Shown in pieces: positions 28,866 through 37,477 of a DNA stretch of 64,000 nt. Origin of the DNA: Thermodesulfobacteriota bacterium. GTDB lineage: Bacteria > Desulfobacterota > Desulfobacteria > Desulfobacterales > C00003060. The position numbers were made by a program, and so were the translations under genes. The stretch covers positions 1-64,000 of the forward strand of contig JAXHVD010000003.1 of the NCBI GenBank assembly GCA_034189385.1, written 5' to 3'. A model generated the notes under the pieces. That model was not told where the DNA came from. It made no database searches and saw only the letters and a list, made by a program, of their open reading frames with translations. Positions within the stretch are counted from its first letter, which is position 1; each line of letters starts with the position of its first letter.

Positions 28866-30122
28866 CTACTGCGCAATCCCCAAAGCCATCATGGAGGCCT
28901 TTGCCTTGATGATACTTTCCTCATATTCGAGCTCAGGATCTGAGTCAGCCACAATGCCGCCGCCCACCCCAAGGACGCCCTCTCCCTGCCAGAGTTCAAG
29001 GGTTCGAATGGCAACGTTTAGTACCATCTTGTCCTGAAAAAAATAGCCCATGGCCCCACAGTAGACCCCCCGTTCGTGGGGCTCCAATTCGTAGATAATC
29101 TCCATGGCCCTCTTCTTGGGAGCCCCAGTGATGGAACCAGGCGGAAAGGTGGCACCGATGATGTCAGAGATGGAGGTGTCACTCCTCGTCACTCCCCTCA
29201 CGTATGACACCATTTGATAGACCGTGTCGTACGCCTCTACCACATAGGGCCTGGGCACCGCAATGGAACGGTACAGGCAAAACCGTCCCAAGTCATTTCT
29301 CATAAGGTCAACAATCATCGTGTTCTCCGCCCTATCCTTTCCGCTCTCTTGTAGTTCTTTTCTAAGCCCCCTGTCAATGCTCGCCTCTGGGGACCTTTTT
29401 CTTGTTCCTTTCATGGGCTTGCTCAAGATCCTGTTGTTCCTCAATCGCAGGAAGAGTTCCGGACTCCCGGAAATAACCAGGCCGTCTCCCAAATTCACAA
29501 ATGCTGCATAGGAAACCGGCTGAATCTCTTTGAGGCGCAAATAGATATCAAAAGGGTCTGCCGGACAGGTGAAGTAGGCCCTCTGAGTATAGTTGATCTG
29601 ATAGACATCTCCAGCCCTGATATAGTCAAGGACACGACGGACGTTTTCGAGATAAGTCACCTTGCTCTGATTAAAGCCTGTGATTCTGCCGGCTGGGGAC
29701 TCTCTCCTCTTGAGCAGAGACAGTGGGGGGGAAAGGGGGGAGCCATTGTGCCAACAGTGCCAGGTCTTCTGGATATGGTCAAATACGAGAAATCGACGAT
29801 AGGCCGCCAGGTAGATGTGGGGATTTGGCGTGTCCTTGGTCCCTGGCAAGGGGAGATTCTCAATCCACTGGCAGGCCTCGTAGCCAATGTAACCGGCCAC
29901 AAAGTAATGTGGTGTCATGGAGGAAAGGAAGGAAAACAACTCAGCCCTGCTAAGCCCGGTGATATCTCCCTTGAAAACCTTCTCCGGCTCCCAGGCCACA
30001 AAGGAATGCCGGTTTGCAAAGGAAGGCTTCTGGGTTTCCAAAAAGATGGCGCCAGGCTCATGACGGACGGCTCTGAAGACCTGGCATGGGTGAGCCTCTA
30101 TATTAAGGCCCGTCTTGTTCAT
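28866..30122 (-). CDS. pabB: Aminodeoxychorismate synthase component I
   Basis: GDVYQIN, SPELF, KPMKGTR (PabB-type lysine), AENTMIVDLMRNDLGR, FPPGSITGAPK. Confidence 0.92.
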   Translation of the reverse strand: MNKTGLNIEAHPCQVFRAVRHEPGAIFLETQKPSFANRHSFVAWEPEKVFKGDITGLSRAELFSFLSSMTPHYFVAGYIGYEACQWIENLPLPGTKDTPNPHIYLAAYRRFLVFDHIQKTWHCWHNGSPLSPPLSLLKRRESPAGRITGFNQSKVTYLENVRRVLDYIRAGDVYQINYTQRAYFTCPADPFDIYLRLKEIQPVSYAAFVNLGDGLVISGSPELFLRLRNNRILSKPMKGTRKRSPEASIDRGLRKELQESGKDRAENTMIVDLMRNDLGRFCLYRSIAVPRPYVVEAYDTVYQMVSYVRGVTRSDTSISDIIGATFPPGSITGAPKKRAMEIIYELEPHERGVYCGAMGYFFQDKMVLNVAIRTLELWQGEGVLGVGGGIVADSDPELEYEESIIKAKASMMALGIAQ

Positions 30123-30137
30123 GAGGAGACACAGGGG

Positions 30138-32951
30138 TTATGTCGCTTTCGTATTCTTGCCAGTCCCCCATCCCAAATAGTGCATACCAAAATCGATCTC
30201 ACGTTCCACCTTGACCGCGCAAACCTTAAACTCCGGTATCTTTGCCACAGGGTCCAAAGCGTCGTGGGTCAATAAATTGGTCCTGGTTTCAGAATAGTGG
30301 AAGGTCATTGAAACAACACCGGGCGGCGTCGTCTTTGTAATTTTTGCCTTAGCCCGAACAGACCCCCGTTTAGAAGTTACCTTGACGGCGTCTCCATCTT
30401 CTATCTCCAGGGGGGCCGCATCAACAGGGTTGATCTCCACCCGCTCTTCGCCGCGCAGCACGTTCATTCCCGCTACCTTACGTGACAGCGTGCTGTGGAA
30501 ATGGAAGAAACTGCGTCTGGTAGTTAAGACAAAGGGGTACTCATGGCTCGTCACCTCGCCAGGAGGGGTATAGGCAACGGGACTAAACTTTGCACGACCT
30601 GAGGGTGTGGAAAATTTTTCGGCATACAAATACGGTGTGCCTGGGTGATTTTTGTTCGGACAGGGCCACTGGAGTCCGACCCCCTTAATCCGCTCGTAAG
30701 TAATGCCACCGTATTGCGGGGTCACGTCACGGATCTCTTCCATGATCTCTTCCGAGTTCTTAAAATCAAACCCCTGGGCTCCCGTGTTTTTTGCAATATC
30801 GCAGATGATCTCCCAGTCGGCACGACTGTTGCCCACTGGATCTATGGCTTTGCGGACGCGTTGAACGCGCCGCTCTGTGTTTGTAAAAGTGCCGTCCTTT
30901 TCGGCAAAACTCACTGCAGGAAAGACCACGTCTGCGAGTTGTGCCGTCTCTGTTAGAAAAAGATCCTGCACCACGAGCAGCTCCAGTCGGGGAATGGCCT
31001 CCTCAACAGCACTTGTGTTAGCTTCTGTCATGACGGGATTCTCCCCCATGATGTAGAGGGCCTTGACTTTGCCTGCATGGACGGCCTCAAAGAGCTCCGT
31101 CAGAGCTAGCCCTGGTAGTGGACTGAGCTGGCAGCCCCAGGCCTTTTCAAATCTCTCACGAACGGTGACATCTCCCACATGCTGATAACCCGGAAACACA
31201 TTGGGAAGGGCCCCCATGTCGCAGGCCCCTTGCACATTGTTCTGGCCCCTGAGGGGATTAACGCCTGAAGACGGTTTGCCAATATTGCCCGTAAGAAGTG
31301 CCAGATTAGCCACTGCCTTCACATTGTCTGTCCCATGGGAGTGTTGAGTAATCCCCATAGCATATAGTATGGTTGCCGGTGATGTAGAAGCATAGGAGAT
31401 GGCAGCATCAACTATTTTGTTGGCAGGAACGCCGGTGATTTGCTCTGCTGTGGCAAGATCAGATTCCATGACTGCGGCCTCAAAAGCTTCAAAGTCCTCA
31501 CACCGTTCTTTGATAAAGGCCCTGTCCAGCAGTTTCTCTTTGACAATAACCTGCGCCATAGCGTTGAGCAGGGCCACATCCGTTCCCGGCTGATGTCTTA
31601 TCCAGATGTGGGCCATACGACGCATCACAGTTCTTCGAGGGTCGGCCACAATAAGCGTTGCGCCCCCTTTCACTGCCCGGCTAATCTTTCTTCCAATAAT
31701 AGGATGGGCGGCCGTTGTGTTGCTCCCTATGATAAAGATACAACCAGCTGCTCCTATTTCGGATATGGCGTTTGTCATGGCGCCGCTACCTAGGGTGGCA
31801 GCCAGACCGGCCACCGTCGGGGAGTGTCAAAGGCGAGCGCAGTGGTCTACGTTATTCGTCTTCATGACCGACCTGACAAACTTCTGGAAGACATAGTTTT
31901 CTTCATTCGTACACTTAGCAGAAGAGAGGGCAGCAAACTGGTCCCCTTTGTAATGAACCAAGGTACTGGCCACGTACTTGATCGCCTGCTCCCAAGTGAC
32001 CTCAACAAACTCGCCTTTCTCCTTTACCAAGGGCCTCGTCACAGGGCCTGCCCCCACTTCTACATGGGCACCCTTCACTGTTATTCCAAGGGGATCATAG
32101 GTGCGGACGAAAGGAGAGGTGAGCCGATCTGGGCTATGAACGAATTGATAGCCAAAGCGCCCCCTAACACAAAGCTCTCCTTGATTCACAGGGTTACTAT
32201 AATCGCCTCTGGCTTTCACCACAGTGTTGCCACGGACGCCCAGATAAAGCCCGCAGCCGACACCGCAGTAAGGACAGATGGTTTTCACCTCCCGACTGGG
32301 ATACTGGATATTCTTGGGGATTAGAGCCCCTACTGGACAGCGCTCTACGCATTCCCCACAAGAAACACACACCGATTCTCGAAACGGTTTGTCGCCAAAG
32401 GTGGCGACCTTCAGGTCGTAGCCGCGATAGGCCATGTCAATGGCATCAACGCCGACGATTTCCCGGCACGTTCGGATGCATATGCCACAATGGATACACT
32501 TGTTTGCATTAAAATCAAAAAACGGATTGCTGGTATCAACAGGAAGCTCCTTGGCTACTCTCTTCAACCGGTTGAGCCGCCTCTCGTCGTAGCCGATGCG
32601 GTTCACAAGAGCCTGCAAACGGCAAGTACCGCTCTTTGGACAAAGCAGGCAGTTGAAATCATGGTCACTCAAGATGAGTTCAAGGGTCACACGGCGAACC
32701 CTTTCGATCTCCTCATCGTCTGTGATGACCACCATGCCCTCTTCAACGGGTGTGCGGCAGGCAGGATGGAGTTTTTTCTTCTTCTCAATCTTTACCAGGC
32801 ATATACGGCAAACCCCCTCAGAGGTGAGCCCAGGACAATAACACAAGGTAGGGATAAAAATCCCAGCACTTCGGGCCGCCTCCAGGATGGTCATCTCCCT
32901 TCTGGCCTTTAAGTGAATCCCGTCTATTTTCAGATTGACCTCGCCGCTCAT
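30138..32951 (-). CDS. fdhA: Selenocysteine-containing formate dehydrogenase alpha subunit (937 aa; joins track ORFs 31827-32951 and 30138-31814)
   Basis: In-frame TGA at 31827-31829 in DHCARL-U-HSPTVAGL; N-terminal [2Fe-2S], His-ligated and 2x[4Fe-4S] motifs, CPYCGVGC, LRGQNNVQGACDMG, C-terminal molybdopterin-binding domain. Confidence 0.96.
31797..31815 (-). promoter_or_regulatory. Bacterial SECIS element of fdhA
   Basis: GGUGGCC-GGUCU-GGCUGCC hairpin begins 11 nt after the UGA, resembling the E. coli fdhF SECIS (GGUCU loop). Confidence 0.85.
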
Positions 32952-33055
32952 GGCTTGCCACTTACCTGCTCATCGTTACTTGTTACTCGTCACTGGATGG
33001 TGGTACTCTCACACGCCCGAAATCATTATTCAGCGAAACCGGAACGTGTTGTAAA

Positions 33056-34960
33056 TCACATGGTCAGGCCCGAGATACATTCCACAGCGTTAAACTTTGT
33101 GGGACAGGCCTCCATGCATGAGCCACACTTGATGCACTTGCTCTGATCGATCTCATGAACCTGCCTTTTCCCGCCTATAATGGCGTCAACGGGACAGGCC
33201 TTCAGGCAGAGCATACATGCCTTACACCGATATTCTTTTATACGGTAAGAGATCAGAGACCTGCACACAAGGGCCCGGCACCGTTTGTCACGGATGTGCT
33301 CTTCATACTCGTCTCGGAAGTACCGAATGGTGGAGATGACAGGATTCGGCACCGTTTGTCCCAGACCACATATAGACCCAGCCTTCACAGCCTCGGCCAA
33401 TTCTAAAAGGACAGCAATGTCATCGGGCCGGCCCTCTCCTCTCGTGATATCCCTGAGAAGTTGAAACATCTGTCTGGTGCCGAGCTTGCATAAGGTGCAC
33501 TGGCCACAGGACTCGTTTTGGGCAAAATCGAGAAAATAGCGGGCCATGTTCACCATGCAGGTGCGCTCATCCATGACCAGCATGCCGCCCGAACCCATGA
33601 TGGAGCCCACTTCGGCCAATGACTCATAGTCCACGGGAAGATCCAGAAGGCTTTCAGGGATGCAACCTCCAGAAGGCCCACCAGTTTGGACAGCCTTGAA
33701 TTGTCTGTCTCCCCTAATGCCTCCGCCGATGTCGAAGATAATTTCCCTGAGGGTCGTCCCCATGGGCACCTCAACAAGGCCCGTATTCTTCACATTTCCA
33801 GACAGGGCAAATACTTTGGTCCCCTTGCTCTTCTCCGTGCCCATACTGGCAAACCAGTCCGCTCCCTTAGAGACAATGGCCGGGACGCAGGCAAAGGTCT
33901 CCACGTTATTCAAAACGGTGGGCATGCCCCATAGCCCCACTATGCTGGTGTTGGGTCGAGGCAGTGGCTTTGGAAACCCGCGTTTTCCCTCTATTGACAT
34001 CACCAGGGCAGTGGATTCCCCGCATACAAAAGCCCCTGCACCCTTAACGATCTCAATCTCAAACCCAAAACTGCTTCCCATGATCTGGGGACCCAGGAGT
34101 CCCAGGTCTGTAGCCTGAGCAATGGCCGTCGTCAGATGCCGCACAGCAAGAGGATACTCTGAGCGCACATAGATGATCCCTTTGTGGGCGCCCACGGCGT
34201 ACCCGGCAATGATCATCCCTTCCAGCACACTGTGGGGGTCGCCCTCCATGACGCTACGGTCCATGAAGGCGCCGGGGTCCCCTTCGTCACCATTGCAGAT
34301 GATATACTTTTCCTCACCCGGTGCATTTCGAGACGACTCCCACTTGCGCCCTGTGGGGAAACCTGCGCCGCCCCTTCCGCGAAGGCCGGAGTCCTTCACG
34401 CAGGCAATCACTTCGTCCGGTTGCCACCTAGCCAGGACCATGCCGGCAGCCCCGTAGCCACCTATTCTGATGTAGTCCCCAATGTCATTGGGGTCTATCA
34501 CACCGCAATTTCTCAGCACCACCTTGATTTGCTTCTGGTAAAAAGGAATTTCGTCTATGTGGCGGTGCTTCTGGCCTGTCTGGGGGTCTTCATATAGCAG
34601 CCTTTCAACACATCGCTTCTTAATGAGCGTTTCTTCCACGATCTCGGGCACATCGTCTGGTGTCACACTGTGATAGAATATGTTTTGGGGTCGTACGGTA
34701 ACAATGGGCCCTTTCTCACAAAGCCCCTGGCACCCTGTTCTTTTTACAATGATGTTCTCTTCGTTTTCCTGGGTCTTGATTTCTCTGAGGAAGGCTTCGT
34801 GGATCTGCTGGCCGCCCGATACACCACAGCCCGGCACGCCGCAAATAGTCACATAAACAGGGTCCAGCCCTTCGCTGGTGATGAGAGATTCCCTGAGGCT
34901 GTCCAAGTCATCAAGACTTGTTATGGGGGGCAAGGTGTGTTGTCTATCGGGAGTTGTCAT
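33056..34960 (-). CDS. NuoF/HydB-like FMN/NAD(P)H-binding subunit of the formate dehydrogenase complex
   Basis: Thioredoxin-like [2Fe-2S] N-terminus, SGLRGRGGAGFPTG, NGDEGDPGAFMDR, GGPSGG, ESCGQCTLC, C-terminal 2x[4Fe-4S]. Confidence 0.95.
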   Translation of the reverse strand: MTTPDRQHTLPPITSLDDLDSLRESLITSEGLDPVYVTICGVPGCGVSGGQQIHEAFLREIKTQENEENIIVKRTGCQGLCEKGPIVTVRPQNIFYHSVTPDDVPEIVEETLIKKRCVERLLYEDPQTGQKHRHIDEIPFYQKQIKVVLRNCGVIDPNDIGDYIRIGGYGAAGMVLARWQPDEVIACVKDSGLRGRGGAGFPTGRKWESSRNAPGEEKYIICNGDEGDPGAFMDRSVMEGDPHSVLEGMIIAGYAVGAHKGIIYVRSEYPLAVRHLTTAIAQATDLGLLGPQIMGSSFGFEIEIVKGAGAFVCGESTALVMSIEGKRGFPKPLPRPNTSIVGLWGMPTVLNNVETFACVPAIVSKGADWFASMGTEKSKGTKVFALSGNVKNTGLVEVPMGTTLREIIFDIGGGIRGDRQFKAVQTGGPSGGCIPESLLDLPVDYESLAEVGSIMGSGGMLVMDERTCMVNMARYFLDFAQNESCGQCTLCKLGTRQMFQLLRDITRGEGRPDDIAVLLELAEAVKAGSICGLGQTVPNPVISTIRYFRDEYEEHIRDKRCRALVCRSLISYRIKEYRCKACMLCLKACPVDAIIGGKRQVHEIDQSKCIKCGSCMEACPTKFNAVECISGLTM

Positions 34961-35469
34961 TTCTGCCCTTTTCCCCGCTCTGGCCTGGAGGTTCTTTGCC
35001 CAGCTTTGTCGCTATCTTCCTTGTCTCGGCTCAGGAGTTCATTCATCTTAAAAGCCGTCATCTTAGGATATACTTCATCATCTATCATAACCACAGGCGC
35101 CATGGCACAAGAGCCGACACAAGCAACGCGCTCAAGGCTATATTCATAGTCTCTTGTAGTCTGCCCCGTCTTTATGCCCAATCGATACTGGGCTGTTTCC
35201 AAGATGTCACTGGCACCGCGGACATGGCAGGCGGATCCTTGGCAAACTTTTACAAGGTGATCACCTCGCCGCGTGAGATAAAAGTGCGCGTAGAAAGTAG
35301 CCACACTGAAAACCTGGCTTCTGGGTAGCCTCAGGAAGGTGGCGATTTCCTTTAGCGTCTCTTCGGGCAAATAGCCGAATTCCTCTTGCACCCTTTGCAG
35401 TATGGGAACCAATGCCCCCCTTTTCCCTTCAAAGACCGCCAAAATTTTCCGCAACCGTGCCTCGATCAT
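34957..35469 (-). CDS. NuoE/HydC-like [2Fe-2S] subunit
   Basis: VATFYAHF, VCQGSACHVRG, ACVGSCAMAP. Confidence 0.95.
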   Translation of the reverse strand: MIEARLRKILAVFEGKRGALVPILQRVQEEFGYLPEETLKEIATFLRLPRSQVFSVATFYAHFYLTRRGDHLVKVCQGSACHVRGASDILETAQYRLGIKTGQTTRDYEYSLERVACVGSCAMAPVVMIDDEVYPKMTAFKMNELLSRDKEDSDKAGQRTSRPERGKGQK

Positions 35470-35477
35470 GAAATACC

Positions 35478-36488
35478 CTACCGCTTTCCCTGGACAAATT
35501 GCTCGGCCAGCTCCACATCAGCAGCACTGCCAATGAAGACCGGCACCCGCTGGTGGAGATGCTCAGGTTCTATATCCAATATCCGTTCCCGCCCCGTACT
35601 GGCAGCACCCCCAGCTTGCTCCGCCACAAAGGCAAGGGGGTTGGCCTCGCACATCAGCATCAGTTTGCCGTGCGGTTTCTTGGAATCTCTGCAATCGGCA
35701 GGATACATGTGTATCCCCCCTTTGAGGAGATTACGATGGAAATCTGCCACAAGAGAGCCAGAGTAACGTTGCACATAGGGCCGATCAGTCTTGATATCAG
35801 GGGTCTTGAAGTACTCCACCACATTCTGGACGTTCTCATCCCAGAAGTAGTAATTGCCTTCATTCACGCTGTAAACCCTTCCCTTTTCCGGTATCACGAT
35901 GTTCTCGTGTGAGAGAAAAAACTCGCCTATCCTCGGCTCTAGAGTAAAGCCGTAGACGCCATTGCCGGCCGTGTAGACCATCATCGTGCTTGAGCCGTAA
36001 ATGAAATAGCCCGCAGCCACCTGTCTATGGCCAGGCTGGAGGACATCTGCCGTGAGGCCCATTTCCCCTGCGCTCTCTTTTCTGAGAATGGAGAAAACAG
36101 TGCCTGCCGCCGTATTGACATCAATGTCTGTAATGCCCCCAAGGGGTTCGAAGACCAGGATGTACGGCCCTCTTGAATACTTGGCTGCAATGGGCAGGAC
36201 GTCCGTCTCCCTTTTGGAAGCCATGCAATACAAATGGCCTGTATGACGAACGCGGTTGATGATGGCAGCATGGGCAAACTGCACCAATCTCTGGAAATGC
36301 TCTTCGTCCCCACTGTCCGTGTCAACAAAGCCGAGATCCTCTGTAAGGTTTGCCTTGTTGACCTTCTGGTCAATGATCTTGGCTGCCACCGTCAGCTCCG
36401 CTAGCAAAGCTGTAAAGGCGCCGACAGCCTCTGGGCTCTCCCTTTGCTTGACCAAGAGATGTTCTGTCACAGTAATCCCTTTGGGCAT
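35478..36488 (-). CDS. Class 1 fructose-1,6-bisphosphatase homolog, probably catalytically inactive
   Basis: FBPase I fold motifs QVAAGYFIYGSST, YSVNEGN, RYSGSLVADFHRNLLKGGI, EANP are present, but DPLDGSSN reads EPLGGITD, ASEE reads ASKR and GKLR reads GKLM. SD GAGGAG. Confidence 0.88.
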   Translation of the reverse strand: MPKGITVTEHLLVKQRESPEAVGAFTALLAELTVAAKIIDQKVNKANLTEDLGFVDTDSGDEEHFQRLVQFAHAAIINRVRHTGHLYCMASKRETDVLPIAAKYSRGPYILVFEPLGGITDIDVNTAAGTVFSILRKESAGEMGLTADVLQPGHRQVAAGYFIYGSSTMMVYTAGNGVYGFTLEPRIGEFFLSHENIVIPEKGRVYSVNEGNYYFWDENVQNVVEYFKTPDIKTDRPYVQRYSGSLVADFHRNLLKGGIHMYPADCRDSKKPHGKLMLMCEANPLAFVAEQAGGAASTGRERILDIEPEHLHQRVPVFIGSAADVELAEQFVQGKR

Positions 36489-36549
36489 TTTCTGCTCCTC
36501 TTTTGTCTGGTTATCTTTCAGGACTGGGGCGAATACACAAAATCTGTGC

Positions 36550-37458
36550 TCAGGCACCAGGATACTGAACCGACTGCAAATGGGGCTCCGCTGCCAGAAA
36601 ATCCTGCACCCCCGAAATATCTATCTCATTATTGCCAAGGCCCAGGATCTCTTCGTCTAAGCCCATACTCAGTCCCAGGAGTTGAGGGTAGAGGATGGAT
36701 GGCACGTGGTGGTTTGTGCCCCCATTTGTTACCATCTCCTTCTGGATGGTCTCAAACTGCAACTGGCAAAACACGCACCCCGTTGTCAGATAGTGGGCAC
36801 CTGCACTTTTGGCATCTGTCAGTTTCTTTTCGGTAAAATCCAAAGAAAGGGCGTCGTTGGTCCCCAACAATGGGGCGCCACAGCACTCCAGCTTGGTGGA
36901 CCAGTCCACGCTCTCTGCCCCCGTCAGTTCCACCAGTTGATCAAACAAGGAGGGGGCCACGGGGTCGTCAAATTGAACGATCGGACTGGGCCGCAAGGCG
37001 TGACAGCCGTAATGGGTGGCAATCTTCAGGTCCTCGTAAGGCCTTAAGACTTTCTCCTTGATGGCATCAGTGCCCACATCGTGAAAAAGAACGCTGAGAA
37101 GATGCCTTACCTGAACCTTCGCCTCATATTTCAGACCTTCTTTGGCAAGGATTCTATTGACCTCCTCTCGCAACTGCCGGTCTTCTTTCATGAGATACTC
37201 GGCCATGCGGAATGTGCCGTAGCCGCACTTGCACAAAACGACCAGGTTTAGGTTCTCCCTTTCAGACAGGGCCAAATTCCTGGCCGAGGAGAGCACAAAG
37301 GCCTTTAGGTCGATGTTTCTCAATGGATACCCGCAACAGTTAAACTCTGCGATGTCCACCAGCGTCACACCAAGTTTTTCAAGCACCGCCCTTGAGGCTG
37401 TTTCATATTGCCTGAGTCGGATGGGAATGTTGCATCCAAGGAATATGGCAAGCTTCAT
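36550..37458 (-). CDS. hdrB: Heterodisulfide reductase subunit B-like protein (two CCG domains)
   Basis: FLGC, NCCG, HYGCH, ECCG, GCVFC. Confidence 0.9.
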   Translation of the reverse strand: MKLAIFLGCNIPIRLRQYETASRAVLEKLGVTLVDIAEFNCCGYPLRNIDLKAFVLSSARNLALSERENLNLVVLCKCGYGTFRMAEYLMKEDRQLREEVNRILAKEGLKYEAKVQVRHLLSVLFHDVGTDAIKEKVLRPYEDLKIATHYGCHALRPSPIVQFDDPVAPSLFDQLVELTGAESVDWSTKLECCGAPLLGTNDALSLDFTEKKLTDAKSAGAHYLTTGCVFCQLQFETIQKEMVTNGGTNHHVPSILYPQLLGLSMGLDEEILGLGNNEIDISGVQDFLAAEPHLQSVQYPGA

Positions 37459-37477
37459 GGGCTTCTCCCCTTATCTC

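Noticed and set aside
31815..31829. fdhA as a nonsense pseudogene or two genes
   Set aside because: The TGA is at the catalytic Sec position and is followed by a SECIS hairpin.
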